13,507 bases of DNA from a virus. The DNA lies in the UHGV virus genome UHGV-0166527; one strand, given 5' to 3'. Shown here in pieces: positions 1-8,477 of this stretch (within the stretch, counting starts at the first letter, position 1; each line of letters starts with the position of its first letter). Both the position numbers and the translations under genes were made by a program. The notes beneath the pieces were generated by a model. It was not told the origin of the DNA, did no database searches, and saw only the letters and a list, made by a program, of their open reading frames with translations.

Positions 1-49
1 GTATGCTAAATACCACTATTCTAAATATTCTTAACTGGCTGATATTGAT

Positions 50-2794
50 TCAAATCGCGTTCAGGTCTTTCTTATTCAACCATGCTTCCAGAGCGGCAAC
101 ACTGTGTGTAATTTCTTCGTGTGGGAGGGGGGCAGATAATGGTTGCTGCTCCAGTTGCGCGCATAGCTGGCTGGCGCTACGCATTCCCAGACTCGCGCAG
201 CTGCTTTTTAGCTGGTGCGCGGCACGTTTAATTTTTTCGCCGTCCTGCCTGGCGCGGGCTGCGTCTATTTCATCGAGAAGTGGCAGGGCATGTTGTTTAA
301 ATAATGTCAGCCATTCGCGAATACTCTCCGTCCCCATTAACTGAGCATCTTCATGGAGTTGCGATACATCCAGCGATTGATCTTTATTGGTTTGCAGTTG
401 GAGATAGTGCGCCAGTAACTGACCGAGCACTTCACGCGGCACTGGTTTAGGGATAATCCCGCGAAAGAGCGAACTGGTTCGCTGGCGCAGCGTTTCGTCG
501 ATGACATGGGCGCTAAAGCCAATCAAAACCAGCGACGGATATTGCTGTACCAGTTGTCGGGCAAGGGTAATGCCGTCGATATCCGGCAGATCAAAATCCA
601 CCAGTGCGGCAGCAAATGGTTCACTATTTTGCAGCGTTTCTATCGCCTGCGCGGCATTGCCAACAGCCACGACCTGCGCACCACTGGTGTTTAGCATCTC
701 AACGGTAATTCGCTGGGTTAGCGGGTTATCTTCAATTAACAGCAAACGTAAACCGTCCAGACGTACCGCCTGATTGACTGTTTTTGGCACGGGGGCAGTG
801 GCAACACGTAACGGCAAGCGTAAACAAAAACAGCTTCCAGCCCCCGGCGTGCTGGTGGCGCTCAGTTCGCCGCCCATCGCCTGAGCCAGACTGCTACTGA
901 TAGTCAGCCCCAGCCCGGTGCCGCCGCGTTTGCCGCTTACCTGAACAAATGGCTGGAATATTTCTGCCAGTTTCGCGGGATCAATACCGCAGCCGCTGTC
1001 TTCCACTTCGACCAACCATTGCTCGCCATCAGTGCGACTGCGCAGGACGATCTGCCCCTCGTCAGTGAAACGCACGGCGTTGCTCAACAAGTTGGTAATA
1101 ACCTGGCGAATACGTCGCGGATCGCCCATTAACGCGCTCGGTACATCGTTGGCAATTGCCGTTGCCAGGCGAATCGGGCGACCTTTCACCCGCCCGCTCA
1201 TTAATTGCAGGGTACTTTCCAGCAGCGGGCGTGGTTCAAAGGGTTCATCGCTGACCGAAACATTTTTGCCCCCCGCTTCGATAGCCGAATAATCGAGGAT
1301 ATCGTTAAGGATGGTCAGCAGCGATTCGCCGGAGTCGGTAATTGCCCGCAAATCATCACGCTGGGCGTTAAGTGCGGGGTTATCTGCCAGCAGTTGCGCG
1401 GTGCCGAGAATACCGTACAGCGGTGTGCGGATCTCATGGCTCATTGCCGCCAGAAACGCAGATTTTGCCTGGCTGGCTTTTTCGGCTTCCGCACGAGCCT
1501 GTCGATGTTCTACCACCAGTTCCTGTAATTCAGCCGTGCGCGCTTTTACTTGTGCCGCCAGCTGTTCGCGCTGGCGATTCAGCGCATGAACGCTGCTGCG
1601 AAACGCATCCATCAGCCGCCCGATAGTATCCAGCTCCCGCACGCCAGCGGTTTCCGGGAAAGGGGAGTCGATATCACCGTCCAGCAAGCGTTGCAGCGCC
1701 TGCGTTTGTTCAGCAAGTGGACGTGTGACAGAGCGATAAACCACGCGCCAGAGGATCAGAATCAGTGCGCAAAGTGAAACCATCCCCAGCAATACCAGGC
1801 TGTATTGCCCGCGTGCGCTGGCTTTTTCCAGATGCGCCAGTCCATGTTGATTACGCAGCTCAATGGTGTCGACCAGCTGACTGACTTCGCTACTAAACTG
1901 CGCAAACTGGGCGATGTTATTTTGGGCGAGAGTGTGCAGGTGATTGCTGATTTCACTGTCCTGCTGATACAGCGCCAGCAAATCGCTATATTGGCTAACG
2001 GTAGTTAACGTTGTTGCGACCTGAGCACGAACTCCCGGATCTTCAATGCGTATTTGCCGACGTTGCAGAATTTTCACCGCATTATTGAGCTGCTTTTCCA
2101 GCGTTGGCGCATTTTTCTGGATCTGTTCCAGCCCCAGATTCATCACCATTTGCTGCACCCGCAGAGCACTAAGGCGCAGTTCATTCATCTGGTTAACATA
2201 CTCAAGATCGATATCAATCAGCCTGTCGAGTGCGCTTTCGGCGGCCTGACGCTGATGTTGTTCGATCAAATCGTAAATCCCGGCCTGGGTAGCTCCGGCG
2301 GAGGTGGCCGCATTATTCGCCTGACCTTGCGCCAGGCGTGCGATTTCATCGGCGGCGGCGACTATCTGCTGACTGAGTTGCTGTTGTTGCTGGCGCAGTT
2401 GCAAACGCTGCCCCACCAGCTCCCCTTGCTGACGTAACGAACGGGAGATCTCCTGCTCCTGTTGTTCAATAGCGGTGGTATCAAAACCTTGTTCCCGTAA
2501 TGCTTGCAGCAACGCATTAATCTTCAGGCTTTGTGCGGTGAGCATTCGCCCCTGCGCCTGCCACATCTTTTCGTTATCGGCACTGGTCAGGTTCTGCGCG
2601 GCGAAAAGTTCCCAGGCGCTGGCTTCGCTCAACTGGCGCGCCATATTCATGGTAGGAATCAATGCCTGAGTGTTGTCTTTTTCCACCTGGCTGATAAAGC
2701 GCAGGTTGTACCATCCCACCAGGGTACTGGTCAGGGTTAACAGCGCCATCAGGGCAAAGCCCATCCAGAGCCTTCGGGTCAGGGTTAAATTCAC
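50..2794 (-). CDS. torS: Hybrid sensor histidine kinase TorS (trimethylamine N-oxide two-component sensor), complete 914 aa
   Basis: 914-aa ORF with N-terminal TM segment, HAMP-like region, histidine-kinase H-box (MSHEIRTPL), ATPase motifs (GTGLGL), receiver domain ([10 protein letters not shown]) and C-terminal HPt region; length and N-terminus [19 protein letters not shown] match my recollection of E. coli TorS. Confidence 0.93.
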   Translation of the reverse strand: MNLTLTRRLWMGFALMALLTLTSTLVGWYNLRFISQVEKDNTQALIPTMNMARQLSEASAWELFAAQNLTSADNEKMWQAQGRMLTAQSLKINALLQALREQGFDTTAIEQQEQEISRSLRQQGELVGQRLQLRQQQQQLSQQIVAAADEIARLAQGQANNAATSAGATQAGIYDLIEQHQRQAAESALDRLIDIDLEYVNQMNELRLSALRVQQMVMNLGLEQIQKNAPTLEKQLNNAVKILQRRQIRIEDPGVRAQVATTLTTVSQYSDLLALYQQDSEISNHLHTLAQNNIAQFAQFSSEVSQLVDTIELRNQHGLAHLEKASARGQYSLVLLGMVSLCALILILWRVVYRSVTRPLAEQTQALQRLLDGDIDSPFPETAGVRELDTIGRLMDAFRSSVHALNRQREQLAAQVKARTAELQELVVEHRQARAEAEKASQAKSAFLAAMSHEIRTPLYGILGTAQLLADNPALNAQRDDLRAITDSGESLLTILNDILDYSAIEAGGKNVSVSDEPFEPRPLLESTLQLMSGRVKGRPIRLATAIANDVPSALMGDPRRIRQVITNLLSNAVRFTDEGQIVLRSRTDGEQWLVEVEDSGCGIDPAKLAEIFQPFVQVSGKRGGTGLGLTISSSLAQAMGGELSATSTPGAGSCFCLRLPLRVATAPVPKTVNQAVRLDGLRLLLIEDNPLTQRITVEMLNTSGAQVVAVGNAAQAIETLQNSEPFAAALVDFDLPDIDGITLARQLVQQYPSLVLIGFSAHVIDETLRQRTSSLFRGIIPKPVPREVLGQLLAHYLQLQTNKDQSLDVSQLHEDAQLMGTESIREWLTLFKQHALPLLDEIDAARARQDGEKIKRAAHQLKSSCASLGMRSASQLCAQLEQQPLSAPLPHEEITHSVAALEAWLNKKDLNAI

Positions 2795-2888
2795 GGTCGG
2801 TGCACTTAAGGTGAATAAGTTGTATATTTAAAATCTCTTTTATTATCAATGAATTAATGTAAGCAGGTCATTATTAGTCAAAATAAAA
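2795..2888. other. Putative attL (bacterial arm / core / P' arm) between torS start and int stop; AT-rich with arm-type-like motifs (AGGTCATTAT, TAGTCAAAAT)
   Basis: 94-bp AT-rich spacer directly adjacent to the 3' end of a lambda-family int; motifs resemble lambda Int arm-type sites (CAGTCACTAT); exact core not identifiable without attR. Confidence 0.4.
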
Positions 2889-3962
2889 TCATTTGTCGAT
2901 TTCAATTTTGTCCCATTCCCGTCCACGGCTGTCCCTATACCGCGCCGCCATTGAATCTGATTTATGCCCGAGAAGACGTTGAGCAAACTTATCGCCAATC
3001 TGGTTCCGGTATAGCCTCGCTGACAGGCTACGCAGTTCATGGAATGTTGGCGGGTTTCCATCAAATGAGAGTCCAGATGCATTTCTCGCCTTTGTAAAAT
3101 ACTTTGATACTGTTTTCGGGGAAAGCGGATCGTGATGCTTTGATGCGATTATAGTTTCACTGCTGCTGGCCTCCCTGCATTTTTGTAGTGTATCAGCCAA
3201 TGAGATATTGAGCGCGTCAATCGTTAGCGTCAGCGGAATGGCGAGCTTAGCCCCTGTTTTACTCTGCTCAATGTGAAGATGGTTGTCGTTTATGTCTGAC
3301 CATTTCATTCTGCACAAATCGCCCACTCTCTGCCCTGTAACGACAGCCAAATCCATTGCCAGCCTCAGCCAGATTGGGAGAGGTTCGGCTGCATGGTAAA
3401 TCGCGACATACTCATTAGCTGTCAGCCTTGAGCGCCTTACTTCTGACTTTGCTGTGCGGGTTGCTGTTACCGGATTCGTTTCCACATGCCCCTCGGCTAT
3501 TGCCTCACGAAAAACGTCAACAAGGGTTGACCTGATTAATTTTGCGGAAGCTGCTTTACCTTCTGCTACGTAGGTGTTTAGCATTGCTGCCACCTCTTTC
3601 GTTGATATGTCATTGAGCGGTTTGTCCGGCAATTTTCTTCGAATCGCCCTGATTTTGCTGGCGTAGTCGAGTAGAGTTTTCGGTCTGATACCCCTCTCGC
3701 TGAGGATTGTTTCATATCGGTCAAGCCACGCATGAAGAGTGATTGCGTCAGCGCCTTTAATCCTGTCTATCAGTGACTCACGCCTGTTCTCGGATAGCAA
3801 CTCAATATTGGCCTGAATAGCCTCTGAAACTGCTATCCTTCTGTCTCTGCCTAATCCGAACTCTTTACCCGTCCTTGGGTCCCTGTAGCAGTAATATCCA
3901 TTGTTTCTTATATAAAGGTTAGGGGGTAAATCCCGGCGCTCATGACTTCGCCTTCTTCCCAT
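2889..3962 (-). CDS. int: Tyrosine integrase, lambda Int family (357 aa)
   Basis: N-terminus MGRRRSHERRDLPPNLYIRNNGYYCYRDPRTGKEFGLGRDRRIA and C-terminus RGREWDKIEI closely match recalled lambda Int; catalytic motifs TGQRVGDL, HELRSL, LLGHKSD, ARYRD present. Confidence 0.95.
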   Translation of the reverse strand: MGRRRSHERRDLPPNLYIRNNGYYCYRDPRTGKEFGLGRDRRIAVSEAIQANIELLSENRRESLIDRIKGADAITLHAWLDRYETILSERGIRPKTLLDYASKIRAIRRKLPDKPLNDISTKEVAAMLNTYVAEGKAASAKLIRSTLVDVFREAIAEGHVETNPVTATRTAKSEVRRSRLTANEYVAIYHAAEPLPIWLRLAMDLAVVTGQRVGDLCRMKWSDINDNHLHIEQSKTGAKLAIPLTLTIDALNISLADTLQKCREASSSETIIASKHHDPLSPKTVSKYFTKARNASGLSFDGNPPTFHELRSLSARLYRNQIGDKFAQRLLGHKSDSMAARYRDSRGREWDKIEIDK

Positions 3963-4158
3963 TTCTGATCCTCTTCAAAAGGCTACCTGTTACTGGTCGA
4001 TTTAAGTCAACCTTTACCGCTGATTCGTGGAACAGATACTCTCTTCCATCCTTAACCGGAGGAGGGAATATCCTGCATTCGCGCACCCATCGACGAACTG
4101 TTTCAAGGCTTCTTGGGCGTCGCTGGCGAGCGTTCCACTCCTGAAGTGTCAAGTACAT
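3940..4158 (-). CDS. xis: Excisionase Xis (72 aa), 3' end overlapping int start
   Basis: MYLTLQEWNARQRRPRSLETVRRWVRECRIFPPPVKDGREYLFHESAVKVDLNRPVTG.LLKRIRNGKKAKS is essentially lambda Xis; ATG at 4156-4158 chosen over the longer in-frame ORF start at 4248. Confidence 0.9.
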   Translation of the reverse strand: MYLTLQEWNARQRRPRSLETVRRWVRECRIFPPPVKDGREYLFHESAVKVDLNRPVTGSLLKRIRNGKKAKS

Positions 4159-4170
4159 CGCAAAGTCTCC

Positions 4171-4184
4171 GCAATTACACGCAA
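4171..4184 (-). promoter_or_regulatory. Putative CII-binding site (TTGC-N6-TTGC) of the pI promoter just upstream of the xis ATG
   Basis: Minus-strand sequence TTGCGTGTAATTGC immediately 5' of xis, as in lambda pI; the transcript would start inside xis. Confidence 0.5.
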
Positions 4185-4265
4185 GAAAAAGCCGCATTGA
4201 TGCGGCGATGGTAGGTCTGGATATCATTGAGCAATGAACAGGCCTCATCGAGTGTGAGGCTGTAG

Positions 4266-4610
4266 TTAGTCCTTGCGTAGCTCGCTGATTCTTCTGTAAG
4301 TCTCTGGTGCTTTGTTCCCGTACGTCTTCATTTCAGACTTCAACAGAGCAACGAGGGAATCCCATTCGTTGAGGATTCCTTTGAATGCCGGAACGCGCTT
4401 TGCAACCTTGTCGAATGAATCTCTGATTTCTGGAATCTGCTCAACAAGTGCAACGCATCGCCGGAAATCGGCTACGTCATGTGGAGCGCCGAAGTGATGA
4501 CCATAGATATTATTTTTCAGTCCACATGCGATTGAGGCAAGAGTTGCGCTACTGATGCCGACATCGCCAGTCGATTGCCATTTCAAAACCTTCATAGCCA
4601 AATCTGACAT
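4266..4610 (-). CDS. Hypothetical phage protein (114 aa)
   Basis: ORF with ATG at 4608-4610 preceded by GGAGA 6 nt upstream; no recognised family. Confidence 0.6.
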   Translation of the reverse strand: MSDLAMKVLKWQSTGDVGISSATLASIACGLKNNIYGHHFGAPHDVADFRRCVALVEQIPEIRDSFDKVAKRVPAFKGILNEWDSLVALLKSEMKTYGNKAPETYRRISELRKD

Positions 4611-4621
4611 TTCTTGTCTCC

Positions 4622-4648
4622 ATAAAACAAAACTCGCTGTAGCGAGTT
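4622..4648 (-). terminator. Intrinsic terminator (minus strand): stem AACTCGC / loop TACA / GCGAGTT followed by TTGTTTTAT
   Basis: 7-bp perfect stem and U-rich tract read on the minus strand; the U-tract abuts the RBS of the 114-aa gene. Confidence 0.55.
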
Positions 4649-4768
4649 CAGATAAAAGAAATCCCCGCGAGTGCGAGGATTGTTATTGTCTTTGCTTTGT
4701 GCATTTGTCGCACTTTCGGCACCATCCAGATAGGCACATCCGTCCGCAATTAACACATATAGGCCACA

Positions 4769-5047
4769 TCATTTTTCCTCTTTTGGTTTATGAATCTGAA
4801 TGGTCATGCCGCTTTGAGTGGTGGCTACAACGACAGAACCAGGCTGAAGGCTGTTAAGATTGAATGCTTCGTAAAACGAATCCAATGCCAGTGCTTTTTT
4901 ATTCTTTCGGTTCCACCAACGCCATCCCTTGCTACAGGCTACACTGACAATCCACTGTCCACTCCTGTAAGCCATATAAAACCAGATGAGCAAAACCTGA
5001 AGGAAGGCTATCCAGTCAATAATCGTATATTTCGCGAAGGAGTCCAT
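4769..5047 (-). CDS. Small predicted membrane protein (92 aa; hydrophobic N-terminal segments, tryptophan-rich juxtamembrane region, soluble C-terminus)
   Basis: ATG at 5045-5047 with AGGAGG 7 nt upstream and TGATG overlap with the upstream gene stop; hydrophobic stretches YTIIDWIAFLQVLLIWFYMAY and WIVSVA. Confidence 0.55.
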   Translation of the reverse strand: MDSFAKYTIIDWIAFLQVLLIWFYMAYRSGQWIVSVACSKGWRWWNRKNKKALALDSFYEAFNLNSLQPGSVVVATTQSGMTIQIHKPKEEK

Positions 5048-5259
5048 CACTTTACCTCCTGCGCCGCTTTGATGATTGCAGCCAGGCAATTCTTGCACGG
5101 AACCTGAAATGAACCCTGCTCAATGCTCAACAGTGCATGCTGAGCATCCTGAAAAAGCCAGTCTGAAAATTGTGGTACATGTCCGCACCACGTCTCTATT
5201 TCATGCTTTGCAAGCTTGGCGCCGTCACGATAGTCATATTTGATAATGTGCTTACTCAC
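5047..5259 (-). CDS. Hypothetical small protein (70 aa), GTG start
   Basis: GTG at 5257-5259 preceded by AGGAGGTGAAGCC; N-terminus SKHIIKYDY is paralogous to the next gene upstream. Confidence 0.5.
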   Translation of the reverse strand: MSKHIIKYDYRDGAKLAKHEIETWCGHVPQFSDWLFQDAQHALLSIEQGSFQVPCKNCLAAIIKAAQEVK

Positions 5260-5273
5260 GGCTTCACCTCCTG

Positions 5274-5531
5274 CTACTGTGATGCTGGCTGATTATCGTT
5301 AACGTATGCATCAGGAAGCAGATACTGCTTAGCCATCCAGTTATCACACTTCATTTCAGTAATGTATTTTGGCAGTTCACCGTGCTGACAATTGAATAGC
5401 CACCACTGGTCACCCATGCTTTGAGGAATAGCGCGCTCATACGTGATACCAAGCTCGCGAATTACTTCTTGCGGGTGCCTGCTTTCTCCTGAATAAGCAG
5501 CACCCATACAGTCATAGCGTAAGTGTTTCAC
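5274..5531 (-). CDS. Hypothetical small protein (86 aa), GTG start
   Basis: GTG at 5529-5531 preceded by AGGAGGTGAAGCC; N-terminus KHLRYDC; the ORF-track 116-aa version (start 5624) is an in-frame extension lacking an RBS. Confidence 0.5.
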   Translation of the reverse strand: MKHLRYDCMGAAYSGESRHPQEVIRELGITYERAIPQSMGDQWWLFNCQHGELPKYITEMKCDNWMAKQYLLPDAYVNDNQPASQ

Positions 5532-5535
5532 GGCT

Positions 5536-5652
5536 TCACCTCCTGCACAGGCTGAAAATAAACGATGTGATTGCCAAATCCTGAATTGCTGTAATTGCCA
5601 GCATCCAGCCATAAATGCTTTCACTGAAATGCCATGCTAGTGCTGTAATCAC
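5536..5652 (-). CDS. Possible small hydrophobic peptide (38 aa, VITALAWHFSESIYGWMLAITAIQDLAITSFIFSLCRR), GTG start overlapping the stop of the 405-aa gene
   Basis: Hand translation; GTG at 5650-5652 within GTGA overlap, preceded by AGGAGGTTAAGCC; not in the ORF track because it is under 60 aa. Confidence 0.35.
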   Translation of the reverse strand: MITALAWHFSESIYGWMLAITAIQDLAITSFIFSLCRR

Positions 5653-6866
5653 GGCTTAACCTCCTGAGGCGGTTCTGGTAGAGACATCCAGTGAGTTACG
5701 TCATCCAAGATATTTCCTGATAAATACGTGAAAGCTCTATATTTTTTGTAATCAATTGGATTTACAACCCAGTTCCAATATGCGGCCACGATTTCACCTT
5801 GACTAAATGCCAGTAACATTTTGGTGTCTTCCGGCATTCGATCACTACAGCTTATCCAACCATCCGGAGTTACCGGAGAATTGCCATTTACCAAGTCAGC
5901 TCGAACATATAGCGTGTCATCATGGTGCTGATTGTGGCTGCACCACGTTAATTCGCTTAACTCGCCATCTTCTGGCCATACTCCAGCTGTTTGCAGCCAG
6001 ATATGGGCTGGCGCATCTTGGCAAGGTGTATTAACTGGCAACTTGTAAGTTTGGCTTACAGGTTGGCTACCCTGAAGCATGGCAGCGCGGCAGGCATACT
6101 CAACGCCCTTAACTGCATCTGCGCAGTAGTTATAGCGATTGCATTCCACTAATTTCCGTTTGAGTTTTTCAATTGCCTGCGCGACATCAGCCTGTATTAC
6201 AGGAACTGGCGGAACGGCTGTTTGCTCTCGAACGTCATTAGTCGCTATCGGTTCTGCTGCCAACTGGCTGGCATATTTGTTAATGGTAACGATAAGCTCT
6301 TGCTCAGCCTCATCCAGACAATCACCGATACCTCGCCTGTCACCGTCAAAATCATCGAAATCGGCACGAATCTTGGCAACCTTCAGGATTGCGGACAACA
6401 CCTCACTAGGAATTACCGGATAGTTGGTTGATGTTTCCGCGATTTCCCGAAAATTATTGGTTGACGAATTCTTGTTTTCCCGAAAGTTTCCGGACTGAAG
6501 CATGGCGGCGCGGCAGGCGTTCCAGCCATCTGCGTAACAATCTCTGTGTGTCTTGAAATATGTCACCGCCCTTGGTACATCGTTTACGTCTATTTCATCC
6601 GGCACAACCGGCGCAGGTGAGTCAGCATAAACAGGAATAACGTCCGGTTGCTCTTTATTGCTTTCATCCGTTAAAGCCAAGAATAATTTTCCGGCCGGAT
6701 GTTTGAAAATATAAGCAACTGGTTCTGCTTCCAGCGATGCCAGCGCCAACTTGAACGCCTGAAGCTCAATGGCACTGTTGGTATCCAGTCCAAACGGTAA
6801 TTCATCACGATTGGCTTCGTATTCAGCGATAGTTTGCTTCAGCCATTCTTTGGTTAGTTCAGCCAT
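5649..6866 (-). CDS. Phage early-region protein (405 aa) with an internal duplicated motif (ACRAAMLQ) and a C-terminal region reminiscent of DUF551-type phage domains
   Basis: ATG at 6864-6866 (MAELTKEW) chosen because the upstream ATG at 6917 overlaps the preceding gene and lacks an SD; family assignment is from memory and uncertain. Confidence 0.6.
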   Translation of the reverse strand: MAELTKEWLKQTIAEYEANRDELPFGLDTNSAIELQAFKLALASLEAEPVAYIFKHPAGKLFLALTDESNKEQPDVIPVYADSPAPVVPDEIDVNDVPRAVTYFKTHRDCYADGWNACRAAMLQSGNFRENKNSSTNNFREIAETSTNYPVIPSEVLSAILKVAKIRADFDDFDGDRRGIGDCLDEAEQELIVTINKYASQLAAEPIATNDVREQTAVPPVPVIQADVAQAIEKLKRKLVECNRYNYCADAVKGVEYACRAAMLQGSQPVSQTYKLPVNTPCQDAPAHIWLQTAGVWPEDGELSELTWCSHNQHHDDTLYVRADLVNGNSPVTPDGWISCSDRMPEDTKMLLAFSQGEIVAAYWNWVVNPIDYKKYRAFTYLSGNILDDVTHWMSLPEPPQEVKP

Positions 6867-6870
6867 ATCC

Positions 6871-7323
6871 CTAATTCCCCTTGATGCTGACTTTGACGCC
6901 AACCTTGCGAATCTCATCGGCGCATCTGTTCACGATACTCCGGTGAAACTCACAAAAAATTTTCGCCGACTGCGGCCCTAATGGGTGAACATCGTGCGCA
7001 CGCGGCAGTACAACCTCCCGCGCCTCCATGTCAGCAATCCGCTTGTCTTTGGCTTCCAGCTCATCCAGCAGCGCCAGCACGGTAGCTGGATTGGCTGCGG
7101 CGATGAATTCAGCATTGGCCTGCTGTTCTATTTGGAAATCTTCATCGAAACCGCTTTCAGGATGCGCTCCTTCAATTCTGCAAATGGGAATATATCCAGC
7201 AGCCTCGCGATGAATTAGCGCATCATCACCATCAAATCGGCCCTTTCCATATTCGAGCGACCACTCGCCACACGTTGCTTTTTCTGCCTTAGCACGCAGT
7301 GCCTGATAGTCAATCTTGCTCAC
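6871..7323 (-). CDS. Hypothetical phage protein (150 aa), possibly Ead/Ea22-like; GTG start
   Basis: GTG at 7321-7323 preceded by AAAGGAGG 6 nt upstream; N-terminus MSKIDYQALRAKAEKATCGEW resembles recalled Ead/Ea22-like annotations. Confidence 0.55.
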   Translation of the reverse strand: MSKIDYQALRAKAEKATCGEWSLEYGKGRFDGDDALIHREAAGYIPICRIEGAHPESGFDEDFQIEQQANAEFIAAANPATVLALLDELEAKDKRIADMEAREVVLPRAHDVHPLGPQSAKIFCEFHRSIVNRCADEIRKVGVKVSIKGN

Positions 7324-7627
7324 TGGTTGCCTCCTTTGCTGTGCTTTCTAACTTCTGAGTGGTTGTATCAAACTCAAACAACTTAACCACGTCATCAAAC
7401 AGGACATAATCGCCATCAGAATCTTCAGTCATGTCAGCGCCACAATCCTGACCGAACGAGTCACAACCATCCATATCAAGCTCGTATCGCTTGAGTTTTG
7501 CGATATTTGATAAATTCAGCGCCAGTACAGCAAGGTCATAAACCTCTTCGACTGTATACCCTGCGCCATGCCCATACATTTCAATACGGGATATGATTTC
7601 TTCTACACGTTGCTTTGTTATTGCCAT
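7310..7627 (-). CDS. Hypothetical acidic phage protein (105 aa)
   Basis: ATG at 7625-7627 preceded by GGGAGGTGA; stop overlaps the next start. Confidence 0.6.
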   Translation of the reverse strand: MAITKQRVEEIISRIEMYGHGAGYTVEEVYDLAVLALNLSNIAKLKRYELDMDGCDSFGQDCGADMTEDSDGDYVLFDDVVKLFEFDTTTQKLESTAKEATSEQD

Positions 7628-7989
7628 TTTTGCTCACCTCCCTGTTCTTCCAGAAAAATACGCATAGCCTCAAGCATCTCTTCGGTGTCATACGGTGATA
7701 ACTTGTCACGCAGGATGTGTTCAATGCTGTTAATGAACTTGCGGATTGCTTTGCGTTCAATTTCAGCCAGGACAGCGTCGGTGGTTGGAGTCCCTTCAAC
7801 CTTCAGCCCTATAGGGGCCAGGTAATCCTTCAGCCCCGCATTCTCCGCAGCCAGCGCCGCGCATTTAGCTTCAAGTTCAGCAAATTTACGCACCAGATAT
7901 TCAGTGTTTGTTTCGTTCACCTTTAAATCTCGTGGGATGCATTTACCTTTCAGAAATCCATCCATCTCAATTAGTGTCATTTGTTTCAT
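7618..7989 (-). CDS. Hypothetical phage protein (123 aa)
   Basis: ATG at 7987-7989; ATGA overlap with the upstream gene stop (translational coupling). Confidence 0.6.
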   Translation of the reverse strand: MKQMTLIEMDGFLKGKCIPRDLKVNETNTEYLVRKFAELEAKCAALAAENAGLKDYLAPIGLKVEGTPTTDAVLAEIERKAIRKFINSIEHILRDKLSPYDTEEMLEAMRIFLEEQGGEQKWQ

Positions 7990-8168
7990 TTCTTCCCACT
8001 CCGCAACATCGCATTCAGATATTTGTTTTGATTCACTGATGGAAAAGAATTTCTCTTAAGCAATTCCTCTCTCGATGGCATTGGCTTTACGCGTTGGCGA
8101 ATAATCATTTCTGCCGGAAGAATGCCGGGATTGTATGCAAGTCCTCTCATGGTAAATTCCTCAGTCAT
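7986..8168 (-). CDS. Hypothetical small protein (about 60 aa; start uncertain, alternatives at 8183 or 8300 TTG)
   Basis: ORF in frame with ATG candidates at 8166-8168 and 8181-8183; no clear SD; bounded by coupled neighbours. Confidence 0.35.
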   Translation of the reverse strand: MTEEFTMRGLAYNPGILPAEMIIRQRVKPMPSREELLKRNSFPSVNQNKYLNAMLRSGKK

Positions 8169-8454
8169 TACTGATAGCGCCATAGCGTGAGCGGTAATTA
8201 CGCAGGCGCGGGTCAATTTCAGGGAAGTGGGTATATGTGGCTTTGCGGAATGGTCGGATTGATGTCTGGTAAATTCGCTCGCGTTCTTCTTTCTCTGCAA
8301 GCCATATACAGTGGCGAAATTCCTTTTCCTTTTTCGTTTCCTGCGGTAGCGACATTATCCGGTTGTAGTTTTTTCTGAATTTATCCAGCACCTCCGATAC
8401 GGAATTGCCGGAACAGCGGCGCGGGTCATCCGCACCATACAGAGGCGCTGGCAT
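8161..8454 (-). CDS. Hypothetical phage protein (97 aa)
   Basis: ATG at 8452-8454 preceded by AAGGA 7 nt upstream; the ORF-track start at 8475 is a TTG. Confidence 0.5.
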   Translation of the reverse strand: MPAPLYGADDPRRCSGNSVSEVLDKFRKNYNRIMSLPQETKKEKEFRHCIWLAEKEERERIYQTSIRPFRKATYTHFPEIDPRLRNYRSRYGAISND

Positions 8455-8477
8455 AATGGAATCCTTATTTTGCAAAT

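Noticed and set aside
3-344. 113-aa + strand ORF at the left edge
   Set aside because: Lies antisense within the torS coding region, which is strongly supported on the minus strand; typical shadow ORF
501-2740. Multiple + strand ORFs of 60-127 aa (for example 1205..1528, 2054..2437)
   Set aside because: All are antisense shadows inside torS; no independent start or RBS support
2795-2888. Search for the lambda attP core (GCTTTTTTATACTAA)
   Set aside because: Not present; this phage uses a different (torS-proximal) core that cannot be pinned down without the attR junction
3940-4248. Longer 102-aa version of xis starting at the upstream ATG
   Set aside because: The 72-aa form from the ATG at 4156-4158 matches lambda Xis exactly; the extension would overlap the predicted pI/CII site
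4242-4260. Hairpin GCCTCA / TGAGGC after the 114-aa gene as an intrinsic terminator
   Set aside because: The downstream U-tract on the minus strand is weak (CUGUUCAUUGCUC); kept only as a possible attenuator
4790-5107. 105-aa + strand ORF
   Set aside because: Antisense to the coupled minus-strand small-gene cassette; no RBS; likely spurious
5274-5624. 116-aa ORF-track version of the 86-aa gene
   Set aside because: The N-terminal extension has no RBS and overlaps the better-supported GTG-initiated 38-aa ORF; the GTG at 5529-5531 has a perfect AGGAGG SD
5040-5670. Possibility that the four repeated 17-20 bp motifs form a CRISPR-like array
   Set aside because: Spacing is irregular (about 120-270 bp), the repeats coincide with SD and stop/start junctions of coding genes, and no leader or cas context is present
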